A stretch of DNA of 64,000 nucleotides from Klebsormidium nitens (lineage: Eukaryota > Plantae > Klebsormidiophyceae): NCBI GenBank assembly GCA_000708835.1, contig DF237094.1, forward strand, positions 109,045 to 173,044, given 5' to 3'. The notes under the pieces are model-generated. The model saw only the letters and a program-made list of their open reading frames with translations. It had not been told where the DNA came from and did not search any database. Made by a program: the position numbers and the translations under genes. This document shows, one piece after another, positions 12,983 through 25,665 of the stretch (its first letter is position 1; the number at the start of each line of letters is the position of its first letter).

Positions 12983-14533
12983 TCACGGCCGCCGGAAGCG
13001 GATAGGCCCTCTGAATGCGGCGTCTGGATCCAGGGTGTTAGAGCCCTGTAAAGATTACATAAGTCAAGTTCAGACAGAAGAGCCTCCCCTTATTTGCTGG
13101 TGACGGCGTGCTCTAAGAGGTTTCATCAGACAAGTCCACCCTGCGCGAACAAAAGGCCATGAACAACTTCGGAGAATGGACGGAGGGGGATAGAAATTCA
13201 TCTCTTGAGGAACGGTTGTGGGGGCTCATCCCGTGTATGTTTGTGACTGATCCTATTAGTCATGCGATGATCAAGAGATAGAGATGCCTTCATAGAGATG
13301 AAAAGCTACTTTCTAGTTGCTCTCCCCAAGCTTCCAAAAGTGTCAGGCAGCAGACTGCATGGCTGCCGCTGACGTACTAGGGAGAGACGCTGTTGCGGGC
13401 AAACAACACTACTCCGCCACAGTACGAATGGCAAACAGAGGAGTCTGTCCCTTTCACTTCCTCAATCTCTTTGAACGCTCCAACCACACTCAGATGTCAA
13501 GATCGCTTGCGCCTTTGGCCCATTTTCAACAGGATCATAACCCCCGGTGGTCTCATTCAGTGCACAAAGTACTGTTGAAGCTCAGGAAATACATTTGCCA
13601 AGCCTGCGAGCATTAGTCAGAAAGTAACAGAACTCCCTTGCTACAAGCATAAAAATCTTACTGCCAGCTATCAGGGAGGGGGCCCCCAAACCTGGTTATC
13701 AGAATTGATGTGCCTTTGCAAAATTACGTACCCCAAGGACGTTCCTGATTCATACTAGATTGATCATTTTCTGGCATTGCGGAGAAAAGAATACTGGGTT
13801 TTGATGCAGGTGGTGAAAACTGGAAACCGATATGGATCCAATGGCAGCCCTGAAAAGAACAAAACAAGGCAGAACACACTGAAGTGAGGGCTACAACAAG
13901 ATTTTGATGCTCGTGTCGAAGTACAGAACTTGTAAAAGTTGAATTACTTGCACCACCATGGCGCTCATTGACAACATCTAAACCTCTTCTGATGGTCATG
14001 CCCACCTGCGTGATCCTGAGCTGGCCCGCCTTGGCCAGGCTCCGACCAACGTCTCTAACCTGCTCCATGATGTCCCTCCATCCGACCCCGCCGAGTGCCC
14101 GAGCTACCTCAGACGGACAGATTGACGATGTGGCTGCCCGCTCACTCAACATTTTTAGCGCACAATGCTCAATTGCTTCGGCGCCCGGGATGCAGTCGCT
14201 GACATGGACTAAATTGTCTGGTTCTTCTCCACATACTCCTGTTTCCGCATTCTGAGATGCAACTAGGCGCGGGCCCAAGTCAGGAGCCCTCGATGTGACG
14301 TCTGAACCAGCAACAGGACTGTCTTCTTGCCTGGACGCTTGTCCTGTCTTTCCATGCCCACGAGATGTTTCGTCGAGCACGTTCCCCTTCTTGCCCTTCT
14401 TCCTGTTGGATGAGCTTCTCCCCTTGCTGCCAGTCTCACCCGTTCTTTTCTCTTTCCCTGACCCACGTGTGCCACGGCTTCGAAGTGAGTGACTCACTTC
14501 TTCCTCTTTTCTCTTCTTTGGCTGTGGGGACAT
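12983..14533 (-). CDS. DUF3253-domain protein with basic N-terminal extension. Exons 14533-14006 and 13045-12983
   Basis: ALKMLSERAATSSICPSEVARALGGVGWRDIMEQVRDVGRSLAKAGQLRITQ spliced (gtgggc..tttacag) to GSNTLDPDAAFRGPIRFRRP* gives the DUF3253 signature (TICPSEVAR..WR..M..VR..A..L...G...ITQKG..VDP...RGPIRLR). N-terminus MSPQPKKRK. Confidence 0.85.
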
Positions 14534-15099
14534 GCTTTGCTTGCAACCAAGCGCCGTTTGCTCCTCATGTCAACCACCTCAGGCCAAGTGGAGCTACGGT
14601 AGCTTGCTTTGAACGAGTCAGCTTGCATGAGAATGGAGCGACTGGAGGGTAAAAGCCCTCACGAAGCGGGTCATCTCAGCCGTCGGATATCGCTTGAGGT
14701 GTTTCCTTCAGCACATCGAGCCGTCAAATCTGGCGGGAACGAACTTTCGCTTCTTCATCCCTTCAACTGAAGTTTAACTTTAAGTTCTCCAGAGTTCGTA
14801 AAACCTGTGATGACAGTGATCAAATCCAGGAGCCAAGGCAGTGGCTCTTGGCCCTTCTTTTCTAGCGACAGGACAGACACTGAAAGTCTGATTGCTTCAT
14901 GGTAAGAGTAGAGATTTGCTTGGCGCTGGTCACTAGTTCCGCAGAGCGCGAAGGGCAGTGCATGGCGAAGAGAATACGGGCAGGAAGAAGGAGCATAGAC
15001 CAGCTTTCTCTTACTAGGCTTTGCTGACTGCATAGCCCCATTTTCTTACCGGCCTGCACAAGTTTACAATAATTTTTAGCTTTTGGGAACCAACTGATC

Positions 15100-18000
15100 A
15101 TGGCGGAATCATCGGGAAGCGGCGTCCACCAGTTCAACAACATCTTTTTGTCCATGAGGAGCGGCCTGGTAAGCGCGTACTATCTACCTGTTCGTTTGTG
15201 CGACTTGGAAATCTGAAGTGGAGTTTCTACAAACCCTTCTGACAGCTCGAGGATGCTCACTGCAACATTTCGATCTGGAGTGGTGTGATGATTAAAGCTG
15301 GAGTGGCGTGATGACATTGCTGCACGCAGTTTGTCCAGTAAGGGCACAACATTGTATTGTACCTCAATCGTCTTGCAGTAAGGCGAATTGTCCGAAGTTG
15401 CCTGGCAAGACATCTGTGGACGCGAAGGGCATGCCACCTTTGATTGCGCCAGTACAATCATTTCCTGCCGCAATGTCTCTCTAAAGTGGCAGCTAACGCC
15501 CCAAAAATAGCTTCTGTACAACCGAGCCGTTATGGGCTGTATCAACCTCACACCATCCCCACTGCTGGTCTCAGAACCCGGGTCAGCTCAAACTGCACTC
15601 CGGCGGCCTCACTTGGAAGAAGAGCGGAGGTGGCAAGGAGGTCAATGTCTCCCGCAACGATATCTCCAGCCTCATGTGGCTTAGGGTTCCGAAGGGTTTC
15701 CAATTGGCCGTGAAGTCCCGGGCAGGGTCCAAGGTCAAATTCAATGGCTTCCGGGAGCAGGTGAGCTTCAATTTCTGTACTGGTCTTTTCCCCTTTGGCA
15801 CTGATGATGAGTTTGTCTAAAGTACTTTGGAGGCTTGCGCAAGAGTTCCTGCCCAATTTCTCGTGGCAGGAGGGCAGGCTTTGCTGTTGCAGTCAGCTTC
15901 TGAAACTGTGCTGGTGTGCTTGCCACTATCGTCGGCATCCTTCCTTCTCGCAGCACTTTTGAGATATGTTAGGGTGCCTCTCCTACCCAGGTCTTGTTTA
16001 AACCCTCTCGCAAAATATTTGGACGGGTATGTGCGCAGTCAAAAGACTGTAGTTTTCTACTAATTTTTCTGCAGGATGTGAAAGCCCTGACTCCCTTCTT
16101 GACGAGCACGTACAAGATCACGCCCGAAGATAAGCAGCTGGCCATTAACGGACGGAATTGGGGGGAGGCAGAGATCGACGGTAGGAGGCTTTTCTTTTAA
16201 CTGAACGCATCTTGCCTTGCGTCTCATTTAAACGAGCTTGCATGGGCTTCCTTACGCTCGGTCACGCCGACTCCCAAGGTTTTGAGGTTGTAATCCTTTT
16301 TGGGAAACCAGGCGTGTGTGGCTTGTCAGCTCGAACTGACTTTTGCCTGCTTTCTGGAAAGTTGCTTGTGCGGAGGTGCCTTGCATTTCCCCTTTTTGAC
16401 AGGATGAAAGCAGCGGATCGCTGACATCCTTCATACAGCAGAACGATTTACTCTCCGCATTGTCGAAAGAACCCACCTCTCCAGCCAAAAAAGGTCCCGA
16501 TATTCTCCTTTCACAAGCCAAGAGACGAGCAACTAATTCTGGGGTGCTCGATAAGTCCAGTCCTAGACCCCCCCGCCAGTCAAACTCGAAACAAGAGGGG
16601 GAGGAGCTCCACCGCCGAAGACGCATCTGTTTTGGCCTTGCTCTCTCTAGTCGTTGGTTCTGCTCGGGTTTCCACTGCACGGGCCTCAAGCAAAGTCAGG
16701 GCTACCCTCATCTTTGCGCTGACACCCACGAAACATCAGCGAGTCATCTTATGTCAGCACGCTCACGAAGTTTCTCGCCATCGCAGGCAACATGCTGTCC
16801 TTCAACGTGGGGTCGAAGCAAGCGTTCGAACTGGCGCTCTCAGACATTTCGCAGGCTACGATCCAGGGCAAGAACGAGGTCGTTCTGGAGATGCACGTCG
16901 ACGACACGTCGGGAGAGCACGAGGTGCGTGCTTCACCCCTTTCGGAATGGTGGATGTTGCCTTTCTTTTCAGACTCTTTGCTAGAAGAGTCTTGTGCTGG
17001 AGAAATAAAACGCTTACTTCACAATAGCAAGTACATCGTGGCCCAAGCCGAGATCCTGTGCACCTATGGATTCTGGTTCCTGCTTGAAGGTGTTTTCGTC
17101 AACTTGCAGTCCTTAACTCGTTGACGAATCTGTACCTAGTCCCCAATGTACACCTCCGCATGCACCGGGGTTTTGAACAGCACGCAAGGGTTCCGCAATT
17201 TTCCTAAGAAGCAGACGGTCTGTTTGTTAAAAAGCATGAGGCACCTCTTCTAAGCTCTGAAGAAAGTTTTTAACATTGCGCAGAAGGACACGCTGATCGA
17301 GATGAGCTTCCACATCCCTCCAACTAACACGACATACATCGGCGACGAGGAGCGCACGTCCGCGCAGCGCTTTTACGAGCGGATCCTTGAGCGGGCGGAC
17401 ATCGGACCGTCGACTGGGGAGGCGGTGGTCACATTCGACGAGGTCGCGATCTTGACACCAAGGTGCGTGCGCAGGCTGATCCGCTTGATATTTGGGCTAA
17501 TGGTGTAAATGAGACTTTCGAGATGCGAATCCTTCCGTCGACCGGGGAGGCGGTGGTCACGTTTGACGTGGTCGCAAAGTTGACACCAAGGTGCGTGCGC
17601 ACTCTAAATCACATTGGGTTTTGTCTGGTGTTGAAAGAGTCTTTGACAAGCGGATCCTCGAGCGGACTGACATTGGGACGCAGTAGGGAAGGCCGTAGTC
17701 GCGTATAATGCGATCGCGATTTTGACACCGAGCTTTGTCAGCAATATATCTTCCAATCCATCTTCTGGGACTGGTTAGTTATAGGCCCTGCGTTTGTGGC
17801 TCAGTTCGCAATCCCACCCGGTCGACAGATACATGAGGTTGTCTTCCACGAACTAGGGGTCTCCACCTGAGAGCCCCTTCCTATGCTTCCGACATATTAA
17901 CAGCAACATGAAGTTTTTGGACATGAAAATTTTGCGCGCAGCAATGAGAGAGCTTTCGTCACGGCTCACTATCCCCTCTCGGCAAGCTTGTCAATACCAA

Positions 18001-21000
18001 CGAAGTTACTCAGGCAGCACTCTCTTATTGCAACGTACGTTCTGCCCGCTCGTTGACGATATTCAGATACTTCATGCTACTTTGCAGACAGAGAATCCAG
18101 ACTTGGATTTTACCCCAAAACTGTGAAAGCCTATGAAACCCTAGTTATTTGAATCCTTAACGCCTAAAATCTGGAACCTTGCAGGGGACGGTACCAAGTG
18201 GAGCTGTGCTTGGGCTTCCTGCGGCTGTCGGGGCAAGCCAACGACTTCAAAATTCAGTACCCCAACATTGTCCGCATCTTTCAGCTTCCCAAGGTGGGTC
18301 TCAGAGTGTTTGCGGTACTCTCTTCGCACTATACCCACCCACAAAATATCTGTAAAGGATGGCGTGGTCTCTTCCCAGGGCCCCCCGTCCTCTCATCGGG
18401 GCCGTATTCTAGTTGGCTGACAGATGTCAGCGTTGCCCACGTTCTTAGGCGGATCCTCGGTATCTGTGAGGACTTGTTTCGTAACACTATTGCCTGGTCC
18501 CTTCTCCGGTCCCGAGCCTCTGAAAGTGAGGTTCAGCAAAGCTCGGCAGCCCTGTTGCGCGTTTCCGACCACGAGCAGGTTTTGATTCTCCTCGATACGC
18601 CCAACGATTGTTCTCGCGCACTTTTGGAGACTTTTTGTTCCACAAACCACGGCCCGCAGCAGTGAAGAAGTCGAATATGAGAGCGACTCACAATCGCTTC
18701 TCTTCCTCGCAGCCCAATCTCCCGCACACTATGATTGTGATCACGCTCGACCCCCCAATCCGAAAGGGCCAGACCTTCTACCCGCACATTGTCCTACAGG
18801 TAAGGTCGCCTCGCGCTGCTTCGACCCGTTGGCACCGGTTGTTCCGTCCTTTGAAATCCGTCTTTTTTGTTCGCTCGAAAGTCGAGGTGGCTTTATTAAC
18901 TTTCCGGAGCGGGCTTGCGGCGGTTAAACATCGTGAATTTGTCTTACTAACCACCGTTCAACCGCGCTGATGGAAACAGGGCTCGTATCGAGTGACGTCT
19001 GACGATTCAGTTGGCAAGTTTAAATGTGCGGTCGTGCCACATACAAGTGCAGCATGAATCAAGCCTGTAAAATTCTCGAAATCAGACCAAAGTCAGTGTG
19101 TCGCTACGGCCGAAAAGCCGAAGGCACATTTGAGTGGTGTCTGACAGCATGTGAAGACTCCCGCACACCATCACCGTGAAAATTGAGTACCTAGCGACGA
19201 AAGGCGAATAGATTCCTGAGCCCTCAAAGCTCTCACTTTTGCCTGCTGGAAGTGCCAGCGGTACCAGCCTGTGCTGTGTTAGCCTCTGTCGGCTTATCGA
19301 ACCGAGATTCCACGATCCTCCCTGGTTTTCTGAGACGTATCATGATGACCCTGTCGTCTGTGACGCCGACCGTGTGCACGACCTGTGACGTCACATCATC
19401 CTCCCTCGGTGCAGTTCCCAAGCGAAGAGGAGATCTCCGTTGCTCTCGACATCGAGGAGCAGCTCCTTGAGACCAAGTACAAGGACAAGCTAGAGCCCAC
19501 CTACAAGGTATGCCTCCGCTTTTTTTCTTACTGATCTCTTTCTAGTTCTTGATTCCTCTGTTTGTTTGCTTGCACGTTACTGCACACTGCGGAAGCCCCG
19601 TAAATGCTAGTGCTGCATGTCTGATCTGATGTTCGTAATGCTTCCTTGAAACTGGGTTGCTTTGCAACAGGGCCTGACCAGGTTTACACCTCACTATGCC
19701 CCTTTTGCACTCTCTGTTCTTTGCATTTTGTGCCCCAGCTCTGTCTCATAACGTAGGCTTGAACTTCTAATCTTGACTGAAGCCGACGACGTCTCAAGTT
19801 GGGGTCAGAAGCCCATTCTAGGTGCGCTGTCTAATCTGGTAGATCTTGGGTGACGCCTGCATATTTCTAAAACCGTCTCATACCTGGTTTGCCTCCCACA
19901 GGGCCTGACATACGACGTCTTCTCGCGGATTCTGAAAAACCTGGCGGATTCCAAGGTCACCAAGCCTGGGCAGTTCAAGAGCCACGGCGACCAGTCAGCG
20001 GTAAGCTTCACTGTCAAAGTCGCCTGGATTTTAGTATCTTAGGGGATGCCCTGGAGTTTTCGTTCTGTGGCGATTGTCCAACGGTTGTTACTGACCGACC
20101 CGTCATGGTTATTGCAATCAGAGCTTGGATCTGTACAAGACGCGAAATACGGTAGCACAGCTCGGAATTGTCTGCAGGGTTGGAAAGGCTGTGTTGCTGA
20201 GTCGTTGACGATTTCAAGTAAAGAAAAAATCTGCAGAGCGTTTGTCGATGCTTGGCAAGCTTCTCGACTTCCATGTCTCCTGCGGCACTGCTCAGAGACA
20301 TCTTCCTTATGACTGGCTTTCTCTGAGGACCGATTTTCTGATCACCTATCCGTCACCAACTAAGGAAGGAGCTTCAGTCGGGGTCATGTGCGAACCGTCT
20401 CGCTCGCAAGTCGGAGCCTTCTGCCTATCAGGAGAATTTGTTGAGCACTAAACATAGTCGTGTGGGTTGGTAATCTGCTCGCACAATCTGAGACCGGCTT
20501 TGTGTTTTCCCAGGTCAAGTGCTCGTACAAAGCGGAAGAGGGTTTCTTGTACCCGCTCGAGAAGAGCTTCTTCTACGTGCATAAGCCGCCCATCCTAGTT
20601 CTTCACGACGAGGTACGTACCGGCTTCGCGAGTTAAAATCGTCCACAGACATATGGGCCTTGACCTGGTTTCTTTGTTAACCGCCATCCTGTTAAAATTC
20701 GATCTGACAAGGAGTACACGGCAGTCAGCAATGAAGAATCGGTGGGTTTGATTTCCTCGAAAGTAGTGCACTGGACGAGCTTTCTGCTTACGTTGAAACC
20801 AGATGGCAAGCAGCAGGTGGTCACGGCTGCCGGTTTCAGAGGTCCGTTTATTATTCTCAGCAAGCATGTGAACGTCACTTACTTCATCCCAGTGCGCGAG
20901 CGAACATCGAGCCATTCAGATTCAAACATTTAACATTGTTAAGTTGCCTAAATTGCGGCCGCCAGTTTTGGAAAACAATCCCTACATGCTGACGACACCT

Positions 21001-24000
21001 TGGGCGACGCTTGCAGTGCGAGACAAGGAGTGGTCGCGCAAGTGGCAAGTTCTTGAGTAACAACCACAGGAAAAAGTTATGGGCAAGGGAGGCTAGTACA
21101 AGCCAAAATGTAAAACGCTTTGACAATGCTGTGTCCACTTGTGCAGATCGAATACATCCAGTTCGAGCGGCACTCTGCGTCGGCGTCAATGGGGACCCAG
21201 GCGAAGACGTTCGATCTACTGGTGCACTTGAAAACGGAGGTAAGTATCTTCCTTAATTGGACTGCTCTGCCTGAGCCTACTATGTCCAGTCGTGCCTTCC
21301 ATTTCTTTTAGCCTTTTTGAGGCTTCTTGTTGTGTGCATTTTGAGCTTTGGTATCAAGACTAAAGCACGGGCCTCGAAAGTAGTGAAGGTGGTTCGAAGT
21401 GTCGTCTTGCGATTTCCGCCTGTCCATGCATTGGGACGGGGCAACAACGTTTTCAGCCGAGGCGTTCGTCCGGAACAAGATGCGGACAGAATTCGCGGCT
21501 GGTCAACCCTTTTGTTTTGTCACCTAGCACTACCATGACGGCCCACTGGACAATTGCGGTGTGAGGAATGGCGCACGCAACAAATTGGCAGTCTTGCGGC
21601 CGAAAGGTCCTGCTAGCGACTTGAATGTGCGCTATTCGCTCTGCCGCTACTCTTACCGGAGGAGCACTTGCATTTCCTTCGAGTTAACACGAGATCTGCA
21701 TTTTGAACCCGTGTTGTCGCCAACCTCAGACTGAGCACCAGTCCTTGACATTCAGAGACTGGAAGTTCCCCCGCTCTTCATTTCCATCCCGGCCAAGCGG
21801 ATAGAACCCAATCCTGCCGCTTGCTGACATCCGTGGTAAAGATATTCTAATCAGAGGACTTCCGAATCTCGCCTTTTTCCAGGCAGAGCACCAATTCCGG
21901 AACATCCAGAAGACGGAGTACTCGACGCTCTTCAACTTCATCCGGGCCAAACGTATTAAGATCCTCAACTTAGCGGAAAACCAGGACCGAGGGGGCGGCG
22001 CGGTTGGGGCGGCCGCGGCGCTCGATTTGGAGGAGGAAGAAATGGACCCGCATCTGGCGAGGATCAAAAACGCGCGGGAGGGGGGGCCGGCGATGGTCGG
22101 GGAGCAGGACGATGACGACAGCGATGACGAGGTATGACGTCATTGGATTTGCTTTGCTCCTGAGAGGTGTCGTACCTGGTAGCAGTAGTTCTCCTCTGTG
22201 ACGGCTGCTGCTGGGGCGGCAGCGGTGAGGGAGGCAAAACGTGATGCTGCGCTCTTGCGGTTTCTTGGTGCTTCGACTTGAGAAACTAAGGTCTTGCAAG
22301 GTGTCAGGAAGCGTTCAAGTGATCCTGCGGTGTCATGGAAGTCGGACGTGTATTTGCAGACGAATTCAGGATCGTTTGCGGGACGCTGTGACTTTCGGGT
22401 CTTTTGCTATGCCCAGAAGTACACATTCCTTATTTTCCAGTTTAAAAGCTCGCTACTCTGCCATGGTGCTGACAAAATTGGACGGACGGGTTGGACATTT
22501 CTAATTATTGCCAGAAGCCAATTCGGTAAGGTGCAATCCTGAGTGTTCGAGTTTGTGTGTCTGCAGGACGAACATTTGATTACATTTGAATCTAATTTAA
22601 TTTGGGGCGCGGACAACGACGGCGGCAGTCCGACGGATAGTTCAGACGAGGAGGGGTCGGACGCTTCGTATTAGCGCCAGGAGCTAAAACCCAATCCCGT
22701 TAGGCGCAAAAGTCTGATTATTCGAAACTGTGTGTTCGCAGGACGAGGACTTCAAGGGGGGCGCGGACAGCGACGGCGGCAGTCCGACGGATAGCTCGGA
22801 CGAGGAGGGGTCGGACGCATCCGAAGACGCGGGGCCGAAGCGGAAAGCGGCGCCCAAAGAAAAGACGCCCGCCAAGAAAAAGAAGGCGGAGAAGCCGGAA
22901 AAAGGTGCGCGAAATTTACTTCGGTGACGAAACCAGTCTTATTCGACGGACGCCCAAAAAATACTAGGGCGCAGCATCGACCTTTGGTGAATTCCGGTGC
23001 ACGCTTCGGAGCTTCAAAAGTTGCAGAGGTTTCGGATTCTGAGCAATGGTTGAAGCGGTTGGATAAGCGAGTGTGCTTTTTGCGCTGTCCCCGTTCTTCC
23101 TCTGTGCGATCGTTCTAGACTTTAGTGCACGAGGTTTGGGGTGTGCGGATTAGGATTTCCGATAAGGAGCATTTGTTGGATTGATGGATGAAGCAAAAGT
23201 GGTTAAGCAAGGGCGTCAGACGTCATTCTGAAAGCTTGGGCTCTTACTGGAAAGGAAGGATGATGTATGATGGAGAGTCTTCTCTGTGCAGAATTGCATT
23301 CCCGATCAATCTCCTCACTTGCTGGTCCCCTGGACTTACGTACGTTGAGGCGCAGGAAACAAGGAGGAATCGTGCTTTCCATATTGACCGGTCACAGACG
23401 ATTTTCGTTTCCTTCGTCAGCAGGAAAAGACGAAAAGAAAAAGAGGAAGAAGAAGGACCCCAACGCGCCCAAGAAGTCGCTCAGCGGTTTCATGTTCTTC
23501 TCAAAGGCGGAACGCGAGGTGAGCTGCTCTTTTAGAGACGCGGATCAGATGTCCCCGCAGTGGTGTCAAAGCATGTGAGTTTTTCAAGTCTTGAGAACAG
23601 GGGTAGTTTTGCTTCCTTCCGGACGCGGATCAGGGTGCCCCGCTTTAGTCCGAAAGTATATGTGAGCTGTCACCTTTGACAACAGGAGTGGTTTTTCATT
23701 CTATTGGAAAGCGAGGGTGAGTGAGAGTATCACGGGCCAAGCCGACCACAATTATCTTCGTCGCATTACCATATAACCTGTGACAGCCTGTTAGGTGACG
23801 AGTGTTGGAATCGTGTCGCAGCGCCCTTCGCCCATTTACGAGCGCTCACTTCGCCGGCATTTTCTGACCGCAAACGTTTGCTCTCTTGCAGAGGCTGAAG
23901 AAGGAAAATCCGACCCTTCCCTTCACGGAGATTGGCAAAGTGTGCGGCGAGAAGTGGGGCAAAATGTCGAGTGAGTTGGCCCCGTCGTGCTTTGCCCTAT

Positions 24001-24595
24001 ACTCCTCACCTGGTTTACTCGGTCTCTTTGTGTACCCCGTCTGGCTTTTTGATTCACGGATGTTGGCTCCCATCTCGTGGCGTGTGATTCGGATCGAGTC
24101 AGATGATGCGACAGTCAATGTCCTTATCGAAAGTGCAGAAGTTGAAACGTTCTTAATTACGACGAGGGAGTGATGGTTTCTCGCAATCCTTGTTCCTTCT
24201 CTGAGCTTGGAACGGTGCTCCAGTCCAGAAGTGGAGAGGTTTGGTAAAGCGGAAGGCACACAAACGGAGGTGACCATTGGCAGGAATTCTTCCGGAATCC
24301 TGATCGGCTTCTTTGACTGGTCCGTTTGAAGTCGACTCAGACGTATCTAGCATCTTGCGCCCTGGATGTGGTCTCACCTGTATACAAAGTCACCTTTCAG
24401 TATAGCCCTTGTGACGTCACCTCTTGTCCGTCTGGCTTCCTCGCAGAGGACGATAAGGCCCCTTACGAGGAGCAGGCCGCGGCCGACAAGGGGCGCTACA
24501 AGGAGGCCCTTGCGCAGTACGAAAAGAACAAGAAGCAAGAGCCAGCGCCAGTGGAGGAATCCGAGGAGGAAGAGGAAGAAGAGGACAGCGATTAG
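15100..24595 (+). CDS. SSRP1: FACT complex subunit SSRP1/POB3 with C-terminal HMG box. 16 exons: 15100-15168, 15575-15760, 16075-16180, 16787-16923, 17284-17462, 18185-18293, 18713-18799, 19415-19507, 19902-20000, 20514-20612, 21147-21239, 21883-22131, 22742-22904, 23421-23518, 23892-23970, 24447-24595
   Basis: Contiguous in-phase exons give [143 protein letters not shown]: all canonical SSRP1 motifs. Confidence 0.97.
17531..17735 (+). repeat. Two degenerate echoes of the 3' end and donor of SSRP1 exon 5 in the following intron
   Basis: ccgtcgaccggggaggcggtggtcacgtttgacgtggtcgcaaagttgacaccaag|gtgcgtgcgca (17535-17601) copies 17407-17473. Older copy agcggatcctcgagcggactgacatt...gcgatcgcgattttgacaccgag at 17649-17732. 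Confidence 0.9.
22561..22670 (+). repeat. Echo of the acceptor and 5' part of SSRP1 exon 13 in the preceding intron
   Basis: gcag|gacga...ggggcgcggacaacgacggcggcagtccgacggatagttcagacgaggaggggtcggacgcttcg is near-identical to 22739-22822, with an AT-rich insertion and a stop after it. Confidence 0.9.
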
Positions 24596-25665
24596 GAAGG
24601 AATAATGCTGACAGTATGAGCATTATCAGCTTGTTGAATAGACGCCCTGCGGTTGTATGGTGGACAGCTGAAGTCACAAGTTCCTGTCGTCCCTCCAAAG
24701 TCGCGCCTGGAGGATTGAATCTTTTGCGCATGCGAATCGGTTCTCGTTGCATGAGGGTTTGTGCTGTGGTCAAATCTGGAGCAATAAGAGCATGAGGACT
24801 TCTTCTAGAGCCGAATTGAAGCACAAGTTGATTGGTTCGTCATGCCACAGACGATCACATCTCGTCTCAACACCGTTTAGAGGACCGTGGTCTGTTAATT
24901 GTATCATGTACCTAGGCAAGTTTGACCAATCAACTGAGACAACATGTCTACATGCATGCTTTTGTAGTCCGCACGTTCAATGCGGCCTAACCACTCCTTA
25001 GTATATCGGTATTGCATGCGACTACTCGTCAATCACAGAAAGCTTCGATAGAGACCGTACATTCACGCTGCCTTGCGCTCCATGGCTTGGGCAATGGACT
25101 ATATATGTACTCGGCGGAATGAGTTCGCATTGCAACGACCGTATGAGCTCCGGTTGTTTTGACATGGAACATTCTAGATTCTAGTACTTCAATGCGTTTC
25201 AGACGGGCTCAGGTATGGGTTCCAATCGGCTGCGCATATCAACCATCAAAGTGTGCACATGCGGGCCAGTGAGTTTGACGGTCCTAGTTGGAGGGCTAGC
25301 TGGACCGCCTTGAAAGCTCCCAGGGCCACAGTGACCGATCTGGTTCCGACTCCCGAGTCGGCTTTTGCAGTGGGGGGCCCGCGAGTGCGCGCCTTCTTCG
25401 TGGCGGGCCACTGCATGATTTCAAGTTAGTTAGGCATGCCTGTTCCGCCCAACCCAATGACCGAAATCCGTTTGAGTATGTTGGGAAGGCACCGGACTTC
25501 CCTTCCCCTGTCATTTTGAAGTTTGAGGAATCCAAATAGTAAATACTAAATAGTGCTCAGTATTAGCACGGTGCACCAGTGGCTGAGCATTGAATGGCAT
25601 AGGTAACGAGCTGCGCTGCTTGCTGGACAAATCAAGCGCCTCGTCTGCTAGGCCTGCTTAAAACA

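Noticed and set aside
14862-15155. 97-aa minus-strand ORF over the SSRP1 start
   Set aside because: Antisense to SSRP1 exon 1 and its promoter; no support as coding.
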